A stretch of 64,000 nucleotides of DNA from an uncultured Acidobacteriota bacterium (GCA_963804995.1 CAWDSK010000008.1:32001-96000), one strand, 5' to 3'; positions 49,271-59,946 are shown, counted from the stretch's first letter. Notes: a model not told the origin generated them from the sequence alone. Translations and numbers: made by a program.

Positions 49271-49841
49271 TTCTGGATAGCTCCTCAGTCCAATTGATTC
49301 TTGCCTGTCTTTCGGCAAACAATAGGCACAATTGATATGCGGGTGGTGGCGACACCGTTAGTGGTGATGTGAGCCTGTGTGCGTAAAAAGCGAGGGGGTG
49401 TAGGCATTGTTGTGCGACCAACAAAATCTCCCAAAGGGAGAGCCTACACCCTCAAAGCGACACCAGAAGTGATAGATATTTTTCCTTGCTCTCCCGAACC
49501 CTGTAGCCCCGCTTCAGGATTCAGAGGGATTGAAAGTGGGGTCTTGGTAACCCCCCAGTTTGAGGACGGGCCCCAGTAGTTGCAAAGTTTGCCCCCCTCG
49601 CCCGGATCGATATTTCGGACCACCCTCCGTCCTTCGCACCGACCGAGGGCCGCGAAATCGACCCAACGGCGCCCTTTCCGTGCCTCTAGGGGAAGGGGAT
49701 ACCGAAGGACGGGCGAGGGGGGACTCCGTAGGTCAAGGCTTGAAATTGCGTTGATTACCGATCGGTCTCAGAGGCTCCCACCGTTTCCCAACACCGCGAA
49801 GTAAAAGTGGCAGTTCCCAAGCGCGGAGGAAATTTCGAACC

Positions 49842-50648
49842 ATGGCAGCCGGAGGCGGAATTACGGCAGCGGGACAAATCTTGACGAACCGCGCCGGAAC
49901 ACGGCCCCGTTTAGGTCTTGCCACGGATGAAGCGAGAGCTCGAGCCCGGCGCCGGCATATCCTCTCCACCGATTTCCAGGCAATCTACGAACTGTACCAG
50001 CGCCGAGTTTTTTTGTGGTGCCTCCGCATTGCCCGGAACGTGGAGGACGCAGAAGATCTTACCCAGGATGCTTTCCTGCTCTTGTTCCGCAAAATCAATA
50101 CCTATCGAGGTGAATCGGCATTCTCTACGTGGTTGTATCGTTTGGCGACGAACATTTCCCTGATGCGGCTGCGGAGGAAGACCTTTTCACAAGTCCCGCT
50201 GGACGAAGTTCTTGATATCCAAGAGGGCGCGATTAACCCCTGCTATGAACTCAGGGCCTTTGATCTGACCCTGGCCGCATTGATTGCGCGGGTAGATCTG
50301 GGGCGCGCGCTCCCGCAGATGCCGGGTGGCTTCAAGACCGCTTTCTTCCTGCACGACAGCGAAGACTACTCACACTCGGAAATTGCTGAACTTACCGGTT
50401 GGTCGACGGGAACTTCCAAGTCACAATTGCATAAGGCGCGCCGGTGGCTGCGGCAACTGCTGAATCGCACCACGGTGGAGGCGAAATCCCAGACGACTCG
50501 CCGTAAATTGCCGCGCCGACAAAAGCCTGGGATGAGAGTGGCCGCGCCGACCCACCCAGCGGGGAAGCGTGGCACGGGAAACGTCGTTGGGACCCCCGGG
50601 CTGCCGCCCGGCCCTAACCGGGTCGAAAATGAAACTTGGCTCTGTTAG
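49842..50648 (+). CDS. ECF RNA polymerase sigma factor (start uncertain)
   Basis: AEDLTQDAFL..FRKI..YRGESAFSTWLYRLATN; YSHSEIAEL.G...GTSKSQLHKAR. Confidence 0.92.
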   Translation: MAAGGGITAAGQILTNRAGTRPRLGLATDEARARARRRHILSTDFQAIYELYQRRVFLWCLRIARNVEDAEDLTQDAFLLLFRKINTYRGESAFSTWLYRLATNISLMRLRRKTFSQVPLDEVLDIQEGAINPCYELRAFDLTLAALIARVDLGRALPQMPGGFKTAFFLHDSEDYSHSEIAELTGWSTGTSKSQLHKARRWLRQLLNRTTVEAKSQTTRRKLPRRQKPGMRVAAPTHPAGKRGTGNVVGTPGLPPGPNRVENETWLC

Positions 50649-50980
50649 TAACTGTTCGACGCCATGCCAACCAGTGGCGAATCTGCTTGCCTGGTCCCTT
50701 GCGAGCCCGACTGAAGAGGCAAGTCATCGTGAGCCCGAATCGCCAACGTTATTGGCGCGAAAATCTGTTGGAGATTAGCCTGAGTCTCATCGGGGTCTTG
50801 TGCCTGGCCGCCATGCTGGTAGCCTACCTAACCCAATGTTCATAATCATCACGCCGGCTTCCTCAGGCAGCGGAAATAACCGCTAAGGGATGATTCACCA
50901 TCTTGCCGTTTCATGAGTTCGAGTCCGAAGTCACCGGCGGGGTGCCCATTGCCCGGTGAGTGGCTGGGCAGGCAAACGCA

Positions 50981-51145
50981 ATGCAACGTCACGAGTGCCC
51001 CAAGTGCGGTAGCATGAATCTTTGCCTCTCGCGGCGGCGAGGTTGGGTTGATCGGTGGATTTTTGCCCGGTTCTTTTATCAACCTCTGCGCTGCATGGAC
51101 TGCAATACCCGCTTTTACGTCTTCCTCCGCCGTTCCCACTCCTGA
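50981..51145 (+). CDS. Small zinc-ribbon protein (54 aa)
   Basis: CPKCGS...SRRRG...PLRCMDCNTRF. Confidence 0.75.
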   Translation: MQRHECPKCGSMNLCLSRRRGWVDRWIFARFFYQPLRCMDCNTRFYVFLRRSHS

Positions 51146-51160
51146 CTCCCTGCCCTCACC

Positions 51161-51285
51161 GAGGTCTGCGGTTCATCGTGTGTTAGGAGAGCGAATGTAT
51201 CGTGGCGCAAAGGCCGCCCGCGTTTAGGATTCGCGGATTTTTTAGATGAAGAACCGCGGACCCCAAAAACGGGGGACCGCGCTAC
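51161..51285. repeat. REPIN-like element with degenerate left arm
   Basis: gaggtctgcggttc ... gaagaaccgcggaccccaaaaacgggggaccgcgctac. Confidence 0.75.
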
Positions 51286-51354
51286 GCTTACTGCTGCCAT
51301 TTGCCCCCTTGCGTGCGTCACACAAATGAGGATACGTTGTAGGGGGGGTGCTTA

Positions 51355-51756
51355 ATGCACAAGATATCTGTGGCACTATTATTCTCATGCTTGCTCCTGT
51401 CGATTCCCTTACGGGGGCAGGAAGTTTTCATCCGTGACAACAATCAGGCTGCGGTTCAAGCCAAAACCTCTCTTGAGAAGTTCACGCGCTACAAACTGAG
51501 TGGTGATGCCACGCATTTGATCCTGCTGGTGGAGGAACAGTCGTGGAGCCCGGATATGCTGAACCCTGCCACCGTCGCCATCAGCATGAAGCTGATATCT
51601 CCGCGGGGGGAACTCTTGTGGGGCAAGACTGAGCCGATTGGTACGCGCTCCAAGGAGACGACGATTCAAGACCTCTTGAAGGAGCTCGGCGAGGCCAAGC
51701 CCAACTTGGGAAAGAAACCTGCTGGGGGCGCAGAGCAAAACCGCACCGGCCAATGA
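51355..51756 (+). CDS. Secreted hypothetical protein
   Basis: Signal peptide MHKISVALLFSCLLLSIPLRG. Confidence 0.7.
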   Translation: MHKISVALLFSCLLLSIPLRGQEVFIRDNNQAAVQAKTSLEKFTRYKLSGDATHLILLVEEQSWSPDMLNPATVAISMKLISPRGELLWGKTEPIGTRSKETTIQDLLKELGEAKPNLGKKPAGGAEQNRTGQ

Positions 51757-51813
51757 CGGCACGACGCAGGTTTGGACCGACTCCCTGCCAGTGATTCGAC
51801 CGAGGTATATCCC

Positions 51814-53453
51814 ATGATCCACCCGCGCGCCGGACTGCCCCCCGACCCTAAGCTGCTGGTCAACGTTCCCCGGCTCGTTACCGCCTACTACGCCGTCGAG
51901 CCTGACCCCACCGTGGCGGCGGAGCGCGTGGCCTTCGGGACCTCCGGGCATCGAGGATCTTCTTCTCGAGTTCCTTTAACGAAGCCCATATTCTTGCCAT
52001 CAGCCAGGCCATCGCAGACTATCGCCGCCAGCAGGGCATCGACGGCCCACTCTTCCTGGCCAAAGACACCCACGCCTTATCAGAGCCCGCTTTCGCCACG
52101 GCTCTGGAAGTTCTGGCGGCCAACGGCGTCACCGTGATGATCGATCAGGATGACGGCTACACGCCCACCCCTTCTTTATCCCATGCCATCCTGACATTTA
52201 ACCGGGGCCGTAAGACCGGGCTTGCCGATGGCATCGTGATTACGCCCTCGCACAATCCTCCTGAAGACGGCGGTTTCAAGTACAACCCTCCGCATGGAGG
52301 TCCGGCGGATACGGGCGTCACCCGCTGGATTGAGAATCGCGCCAACGCTTTCCTGGAACAGGGGCTGAGCGGCGTGGCACGAATTCCCTATGAAAAAGCC
52401 CTGAAGGCTTCAACCACTCGCCGCTACGACTTCGTGAGCGCCTACGTCAACGACCTCGGCGCCGTCGTGGATATGTCCGCCGTCAGCGGCGCGAAACTCA
52501 AGCTGGGTGTGGACCCCCTGGGCGGGGCGGGAGTGGCCTACTGGGGACGCATCAGCGAGCGCTACGGTTTCCCCCTGACGGTTGTGAGCGACGCCGTCGA
52601 CCCCACCTTCCGCTTCATGACTTTGGACTGGGACGGCAAGATCCGCATGGACTGTTCCTCGCCCTACGCCATGGCCCGGCTGATCGCGTTGAAGGACCAG
52701 TTTGACGTGGCTTTTGCCTGCGACACGGACCACGACCGGCATGGGATTGTGGCTCGCAGCGCGGGATTACTGAATCCCAATCACTACCTGGCCGTAGCCA
52801 TTTCTTACCTCTTCGGAAATCGACCCGGCTGGCCCGCAAATGCGGCGGTGGGCAAGACGCTGGTGAGCAGCAGTATGATCGACCGCGTCGCGAAACACCT
52901 GGGGCGAAAATTGCTTGAGGTGCCGGTGGGTTTTAAGTGGTTTGTTGATGGCCTGCTTGACGGAACCCTCGGATTTGGCGGCGAAGAGAGCGCTGGGGCC
53001 GCCTTCCTGCGGCGCGATGGCAGTGTGTGGACTACCGACAAAGATGGTTTGATCATGGGCCTGCTGGCGGCGGAGATGACTGCCCGCACCGGCCGCGACC
53101 CCGGGGAACTATACCGCGACCTGACCCGGCAATTCGGCGATCCCGTCTATGAGCGCATCGATGCTCCGGCCACCCCTGAGCAGAAATCCGTCTTGCAGAA
53201 GCTCGCGCCCACCCAGATGCCGGCCACGGAGCTGGCGGGGGAAAAAATTGAGTCCATGCTGACGGTAGCCCCCGGCAATTCCCAACCGATTGGCGGCCTG
53301 AAAGTGGTGGCTGCTAATGGATGGTTCGCGGCTCGTCCCTCCGGCACCGAGGACGTTTATAAGATCTACGCTGAGAGTTTTCTGGGCCTCGACCACCTGC
53401 GCAGGATTCAGGCGGAGGCGAAGGGAATCATCGACCACCTGCTGGTGTCTTGA
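51814..53453 (+). CDS. pgm: Phosphoglucomutase (frameshift near 51960)
   Basis: [35 protein letters not shown] and ARPSGTE. Confidence 0.95.
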
Positions 53454-53481
53454 ATCAGAAATCCGTTGATGCGCCAGCCGG

Positions 53482-53802
53482 CTTGTCTGGTAGCGCGGTC
53501 CCCCGTATTTGGGGTCCGCGGCACTTCGTACCCACAATCCCCCAATACGGGCGGCCGCTTCGCCTCGCTGCATTTGCTCAATTGGCATAGGAAGAACCGC
53601 GGACCTCAACCACGGAGGTCCGCGCTACGCTGGCTCGTAGGGGCACCCTTGTCTGGTAGCGCGGTCCCCCGTATTTGGGGTCCCGCGGCACTTCGTACCC
53701 ACGATCCCCCAACACGGGCGGCCGCTTCGCCTCGCTGCATTTGCTCAATTGGCATAGGAAGAACCGCGGACCTCAACAACGGAGGTCCGCGCTACGCTGG
53801 CT
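53482..53802. repeat. Tandem duplication (period about 166 bp) of a REPIN-like unit
   Basis: cttgtctggtagcgcggtccccc... at 53482 and 53648, each closed by ggaggtccgcgctacgctggct. Confidence 0.92.
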
Positions 53803-53941
53803 ATGAATGGAAATTAACTCCGCCCTCTTTCGCCGTGGCGACCGAGAGCTAAGAATTTAATTCGGCGCCCTACGGGCGATTTTGAGTTTTGCCTTTTGCC
53901 TTTTGCCTTGTCCTTGCGGCCCCGCCGCGTTGCGTTCCCCC

Positions 53942-54661
53942 CTACCCACCTTCCCGCCTTTGGCAAAGGGCGTAATGCGCGGGGGCAGAGTAGTTGACGA
54001 TGCCTGGGGCGAGCAGCAGGTTGAGAAGGATCTTAGGCAGGCGGCCCCCGTACTTGAAGCGGATGAACTCTTCGGTCAGAAGCTGGACGTTCGCGAAGCG
54101 CTCCGCGAGCAGCTTGCCGAGTTCATTCCTTTCAAATCCCGCGTGGGCGCCCAACTCATTGCGAAACTTCCCCTGCGCCCGAGCTTTCCAGTCCGTCAGG
54201 TTCCAGGTTATCTTCTGCCAGGTGGTGGCATCGGCGGAGCCCAAATATCCGACCGCGCGCGACCGGTTGGGAACCCCCACGTAGAACCAGCCGCCCGGCC
54301 GCAGGACTCGCCGGACTTCGTCCAAGGCCCGACCGGCATCTCCGACGTGTTCAAGGGAATGGAAGGCCGCCACGAAATCGAAAACGCCGGAAGGGAAGGG
54401 GAGGCGTTGCGCGTCGGCGCGGAAGAGGCAGCGCTCCGCGCGGGCCGCCGGCGAAAACCGGTCAGCAATATCCAGCCCGAATACCCGGTGGCTCGCGAAG
54501 GCGCGCCGCAAGTAAACGGCCTCATTCCCGTTCCCGCACCCGACCACCAAGCCCCACAACAACTCGTGCGCCGGGAGACGCTCACCCAGCAACCGGCCGC
54601 CGTGGTGCACCATGTCGGCTACGGGAATTTCCTCGGGACTTGACAGCTTACTGTCGATCAT
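53942..54661 (-). CDS. Class I SAM-dependent methyltransferase
   Basis: LVVGCGNG, ADAQRLPF..GVFD, HSLEHV and RVLRPGG. Confidence 0.9.
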   Translation of the reverse strand: MIDSKLSSPEEIPVADMVHHGGRLLGERLPAHELLWGLVVGCGNGNEAVYLRRAFASHRVFGLDIADRFSPAARAERCLFRADAQRLPFPSGVFDFVAAFHSLEHVGDAGRALDEVRRVLRPGGWFYVGVPNRSRAVGYLGSADATTWQKITWNLTDWKARAQGKFRNELGAHAGFERNELGKLLAERFANVQLLTEEFIRFKYGGRLPKILLNLLLAPGIVNYSAPAHYALCQRREGG

Positions 54662-54836
54662 GGGCTAAGTCGCGGATCTCTCCCTTCGAGAGGGCCGGTT
54701 TCTGCCGCCGTCAAAATGGCCAAGCCCCGACCGGCGGCGCATCGCTCAACGGTCTAACCCCGAGCTCACCCCTGCGCCCGTGACGGGGTTGCCAGACTAC
54801 AAATCTTACTTCAAAAATCCATGTCCGTCATGCTTC

Positions 54837-54946
54837 GGTAGCGGTGCAGGTTGATGTAGAGGCGGCGGCATACATCCCGATCTAATCGGGACGCTGCCAT
54901 ATGGCGAGGTAAACTCGCCGCTACACCATGAAACTGCACCACTACC
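54837..54946. mobile_element. MITE, sister of 23066-23202
   Basis: ggtagcggtgca ... tgcaccactacc; flanks CATGCTTC/TATGCTTC (7/8 target duplication). Confidence 0.82.
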
Positions 54947-55306
54947 TATGCTTCCCTCAGTAAATTGAAGTTTTAGGGGGGCAGCGCGAGGCTCGGGCGA
55001 AGTCTCGACTTGGGGCAGGGAAGGGCTGCGAGTTTTGCACAGCTACGTCTGATAATGTTTTTGTCGTGGGATTGCGAGTTAACATAATGTGATTTGCACA
55101 AAACGCACCGAGATTTCCACACATCTCAACCTGCGCTTTCCTTTTCTTCACGTAACATGCTGAACAATATGGGCGAAAATGATCTGCTGCGAATCGGGTA
55201 GGCTGAGGAAAAAGCCCTAATTTTGGCAAACACCGGTGCTAAAGGGAACACCACACAGACGCCAGAGGTGGCACGGTAACTACCCCGTCGCCTCCGGCGC
55301 CACCGT

Positions 55307-55455
55307 AACCACCCCGGCGCTCGGAGCGCCACCCCTCCTAATTTAGGAGGGGAGTTTTTCCGGAACTCCCCGCCTCAGATGAGGAGGGGTGGCGCGCCAT
55401 GCCCCGATAACGCGTTCTTTCCAAATTGATCATCGGGGCCGAGCGCCGGGGTGGT
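55307..55455. repeat. ACCACCCC...CCCCTCCT-family palindromic element
   Basis: accaccccggcgctcgg ... ccgagcgccggggtggt with internal cccctcct/aggagggg hairpins. Confidence 0.8.
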
Positions 55456-55510
55456 GCTGACTGCGTTTTTTCTCTTCCCGCCGGCGGGCGCGTGTGCTAA
55501 CTTTATGCCT

Positions 55511-55526
55511 TGTCGGCGCGTCGACA
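55511..55526. promoter_or_regulatory. 16-bp palindrome TGTCGGCGCGTCGACA (copy 1 of 3)
   Basis: Same motif at 60079 and 63340. Confidence 0.6.
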
Positions 55527-55537
55527 TTGGCCATCGA

Positions 55538-56283
55538 ATGCCTCTGCGGGAAACAGAAGCCATCGTCCTCAGAACCTACCGCCTGAGTGAAGCAGACAAG
55601 ATAGCTTCGCTTTTCACCCGACAACTCGGTCGGCTGAGGGCTGTGGCCCGGGGAGCCCAGCGCCCCAAAAGCCGTTACGGCGGCACGCTCGAACCCTTAA
55701 GCCATGTGCGGCTCTGGATTTTCGAGCGCGAGAATCGGGACCTGCTCCACCTGAATTCCGTGGAACTCCTGGAGTCCTTCTTCGATATGCAGAAGGATTA
55801 CCGGGTGCAACTGGCGGCGAATTTCCTGGCGGAAGTGGCTGAGCATCTCCTCCCCGAGCGCGAGGTGAACGAGCGCGCCTTCCGCCTGCTTTTGGCTGTG
55901 CTCCGGGCCCTGAAACAATCGGGGGAAGTCAACCGGCCGCTGCTCTATTTCGATTACTGGATTCTGCGGCTGGGTGGGGTCCTGCCCGATCTCGTCACCT
56001 GCTCCGCCTGCGGGCGAGAGCTGGGGAAGAAGGCGGCTCCTTCGGGGCGGGTTCAGAAGGCCTGTTGTGCCGTGAGTGCCGCGTGCCGGGTGCGAACCAA
56101 AGGGTTTCCGGCACAGCCCTTGCCATGGTCCGAGGTGTTTGCCAGGCCCCCCTCGACCGGTGGCTGGCCCAGGAAAAAGCCCCTCCCGGATGCCGAGAGG
56201 CCCGGCGGTTTTTTGAAGCCGTCATCGAAAGCCACTTGGAACGGAAATTAATTACGCGGGCGATGATGGAGGAGGAAGTTTGA
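55538..56283 (+). CDS. recO: DNA repair protein RecO (frameshift near 56035)
   Basis: TEAIVLRTY.LSEADKI..LFTR..G.L.AVARGA..PKSRYGG.LEP; Zn-finger CSACG...CREC. Confidence 0.93.
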
Positions 56284-56330
56284 GGGAGGAGCGAGGAAGG
56301 AGCTAGAAGCTAGGAGTTAGGAGCGAGAAG

Positions 56331-56541
56331 CTAGTGTGGTGTCCCGTGCTAGAGTTGACAATGGGTAGAACCCCCTCACCCGTCTGGCCTCGGCTGATGA
56401 GAACGCCTCGGCCAGCCACCCTCTCCCCCAAAGGGGCGAGGGCAAGAGAATTAACTCTCCCCTCGCCCCTTTGGGGGAGAGGGGCTGGGGGGTGAGGGGG
56501 TCGGACAGCCTTGTCAAATATTAACCGGGACACCACACTGG
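56331..56541. mobile_element. MITE with CTAGTGTGGTGTCCCG ends carrying a CCCTCACCC-family REP doublet, inside an inverted heptamer pair
   Basis: ctagtgtggtgtcccg ... cgggacaccacactgg; flanking GAGCTAG-type arrays at 56299-56330 and 56542-56581. Confidence 0.8.
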
Positions 56542-56603
56542 CTTCTTGCACTTAGCTCCTAGCTTCTAACTCCTGGCTCCTACCAAGCCAAAGGATATTC
56601 ACC

Positions 56604-57602
56604 GTGCCAGTTCGAAAAGCATCCAAAAATTCGAATGGGGTTACTGGCCCCCTGAACTTCCAGGACATGCTCTTCCGTCTCAGCGCGTACTGGGCGGAAC
56701 AAGGCTGCGTCATCGCCTTGCCCTACGATGTGGAGGTGGGGGCGGGTACCATGTGCCCGGAAACATTTCTGCGCGTCCTGGGGCCTGAGCCCTGGCGGGT
56801 AGCGTACCTCCAGCCTTCTCGCCGCCCCGCCGACGGCCGTTACGGGGAGAATCCCAACCGCTTGCTCAAGCATACCCAGATGCAGGTCATCCTGAAACCA
56901 CCGCCCGAGGATATCCAGGCCAAATACCTCGAGAGCCTGGGCGCGATTGGAATCGACATTCGCCACCACGACATCCGGTTTGAAGAAGACAACTGGGAAG
57001 CCCCCACACTGGGCGCCTGGGGCATCGGCTGGCAGGTCATGCTCGACGGGCTGGAGATTACCCAGTTCACCTACTTCCAGCAGTCGGGCGGGGTAGACCT
57101 TGAACCCATCAGCGTGGAGCTGACGTACGGTCTTGAGCGCATCGCCGCCTTCCTCCAGAACGTTGAGGACGTTTACCATGTGCGCTGGAACGATACGGTC
57201 ACCTATGGCGACATGCGGCGCCAGGAAGAGTTGCAGTTTTCCGTCTATGACTTCGAAGCCGCGGACCCGGAGGTTTGCCGGAAGCTGCTGGACCTGTACG
57301 AGGGTGAGGCGGCGCGTTTGCTGCGGGAGTATCCGCGGAATCCCATGTCTGGTAACCACGAAATAAACAAACAAGATGTGGGAGCTATCTTAAGTAATGC
57401 TTTAAGCCGGAAGCGTTACCCGGTGCGGAAGGTTTATGACTTGACGCTGAAGTGCTCGCACCTGTTTAACATCCTCGACGCGCGCGGCGCGATCAGTGTG
57501 ACGGAGCGGGTGGGGCTGATAGCGCGCGTCCGCAAGCTGGCTTGTGAGGTGGCGGCCCTCTACCTTGACCAGCAAGCGCCCGCGGAGGTGCAGCCGGCAT
57601 GA
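56604..57602 (+). CDS. glyQ: Glycine--tRNA ligase alpha subunit
   Basis: [36 protein letters not shown] and [12 protein letters not shown]. Confidence 0.97.
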   Translation: MPVRKASKNSNGVTGPLNFQDMLFRLSAYWAEQGCVIALPYDVEVGAGTMCPETFLRVLGPEPWRVAYLQPSRRPADGRYGENPNRLLKHTQMQVILKPPPEDIQAKYLESLGAIGIDIRHHDIRFEEDNWEAPTLGAWGIGWQVMLDGLEITQFTYFQQSGGVDLEPISVELTYGLERIAAFLQNVEDVYHVRWNDTVTYGDMRRQEELQFSVYDFEAADPEVCRKLLDLYEGEAARLLREYPRNPMSGNHEINKQDVGAILSNALSRKRYPVRKVYDLTLKCSHLFNILDARGAISVTERVGLIARVRKLACEVAALYLDQQAPAEVQPA

Positions 57603-59946
57603 CGGACGAATCGCAAGCCCCGAAACTCGAAATTCGAAACTCGAAATTCGAAACTGGAAGCTCGGTGGTTGTAGAGGAGGAGTCGGCAATCGACAATCGT
57701 CAATCGGCAATTACCGAAGAACGCCCCTCCGCTATCGTCAGTCGGATATCACCCTTCTCCTTGCCGTTATTGCTCGAGTCGGCTGCGAGGAGATTCCGGC
57801 GCGCTTCCTGCACGAGGCGGAATTGGCTCTGGGGGAGCGGGTGCTCGAGGCGCTCCGCGAGGCTCGGCTGTTGCCTGAGGCAACTAAAATGGCGGATGGC
57901 GACGTGTCCCAATCTGATCGGGACCTGTCCCGATCTGATCGGGAAGCGCCCCTACAAACGTATTCAACTCCGCGGCGGTTGGTGGTTTACGTCCCCGTAG
58001 TGCTGGCTCAGCAGCCTGATAAAGTAGAAGAAATCCTGGGGCCGCCTGTGAAAGTGGCCATTGATGCGGAAGGGAAGTACACCCGCGCGGCAGAGAGTTT
58101 CGCCCAGAAAAACGGAACTCGCTTAGAGGACTTGGCCCGAGCTAGCACGCCCAAAGGGGAATATCTGGCGCTGAGTAAAACCACCCAGGGACGCCCTGCG
58201 CGCGAGATCTTGTCGGAAATTTTGCCCGCCAGTATCCTCGGCTTGACCTTTCCCAAGAGCATGTATTGGAGGGAGAAATTGGGGCCGCGCTTCGTGCGGC
58301 CGATCCGCTGGGTGCTGGCAATTCTGGGAGAAGGGAAGCGGGCCCACACCGTCGACTTCGAAATCCTGGGCATTAAGTCGGGAAACCTTAGCTTCGGCCA
58401 CCGGGCATCCAGCCCTCGCGCGCTGCCTATCAGAGACTTCAAGGATTACTTGAAGAAACTCGGCCAAGCGCGTGTGGAGATTAACCCCCAGTTGCGCCGT
58501 GAGCGTGTCTTGCTGGAAACTCAGGTCCTGGTTGAAACGGCCGGTCTCAAGACCGTGCCTGACGAAGGGTTGATGGATTGGATTGTCAATTCCACCGAGT
58601 GGCCTCGCCCCATGGTCGGGAACTTTGATGAGCGCTTCCTCCACTTGCCGCGTGAAATCCTGATCACCGTGATGCGCGATCACCAGAAATACTTTGCCGT
58701 GGAGGACCAGCAGGGAAACCTGCGGCCGCATTTCGTGGCAGTCCTCAACATGGATTCCGACGCCAAGGGGTTAATCCGCCAAGGCCATCAGCGTGTGCTT
58801 ACTGCCCGCTTCCGGGATGCGGAGTTCTTCTGGAACGCCGACCAGGGCGTGCCCTTGAGCGCTCGCGTGCCGCGGCTGGATCGGGTCACCTACCAGGCTC
58901 AACTGGGCAGCTACGGCGACAAGATTCGCCGTATGAAGGCCATCGCCGAGCACCTCGCAGGCGTCCTCGAAGCGCAGGGAGGGTTGGCTGCCGGTCAGCG
59001 CGACGTCATACTGCGGGCCGTGGAACTCTCGAAGTGCGATCTGACCACGCAGATGGTGCAGGAATTCACGGAACTGCAAGGCATTGTCGGCGGGCTCTAC
59101 GCAAAAGCTCAAGGAGAACTTGAAGGTGTGGCCACGGCGATTTACGACCACTACCTGCCGCTGGGGGCGGAAGGGGAGTCACCCCGCACGCTCGTGGGCG
59201 CCTTGGTTTCGGTGGTCGACAAACTGGACAGTGTGGTCGCGGGCTTTGCCGTGGGGCATGAACCCACGGGATCGAGCGATCCCTTTGCCTTGCGGCGCCA
59301 AGCCAACGGTATAGTTAAAGTATTACTTGAATATTCTCTGCCGATTGATTTGCAAGAAGCCGTTAATCAGGCCCTTGATGTGCTGGAGATTCAGTGGCGA
59401 AAGCCCCGCCCGGAAGTTTCGGCGCGGGTGCTTGACTTTATTGCCGACCGGCTCCGGTATTATTTCGAGGCTGTCCGCGGCTTCCGCTACGACACGGTAC
59501 GCGCGGTACTGGCGGCGGGTGCCGAGAGGCCGGGAGATTGCTTGGCCCGCCTCGAAGCCATGGAAGCCCTGCGCGGCGGGGAGGACTTCGAAGCGCTCTC
59601 GGCAGCCGCCAAGCGCATTAGGAACATCCTGGCGAAGTCGGCGAGCGCGGCGGATTGGCAGCCGGGAGAAGTCGAAGTGGCGCAATTGCACGAGGCGCAG
59701 GAGAAGGAACTCTACGAGGCCTACACAAGGATCGCAGCCGAAGCCGGTCGACTGAGCCAGGTGCATGACTACCGTGGCGCGCTTGAGGCCATCTCTACGC
59801 TCCGTCCGGCGGTCGACCGGTTTTTCGACAAAGTGCTGGTCATGGCGGAAGACCGCGAGATTCGCCGGAACCGGCTGCGCTTGCTGAGTAAGCTGGATGA
59901 ACTGTTTTCCGGCATCGCGCACTTTGCGGAGATAGAAGGGCAGTGA
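57599..59946 (+). CDS. glyS: Glycine--tRNA ligase beta subunit (frameshift near 57779; repeat-derived N-terminal extension)
   Basis: ATGA overlap with gly[43 protein letters not shown] and FFDKVLVM...NRL. Confidence 0.95.

Noticed and set aside
53466..53852. Short ORFs over repeats (also 8388..8996, 36948..37199, 40251..40485, 56303..56551)
   Set aside because: They are translations of REP or heptamer repeat DNA.
55269..55285. sigma54 promoter at TGGCACGG
   Set aside because: No GC at the -12 position.
57770..57790. Programmed ribosomal frameshifting in glyS, recO or pgm
   Set aside because: No shared slippery sequence; single-base errors explain them more simply.
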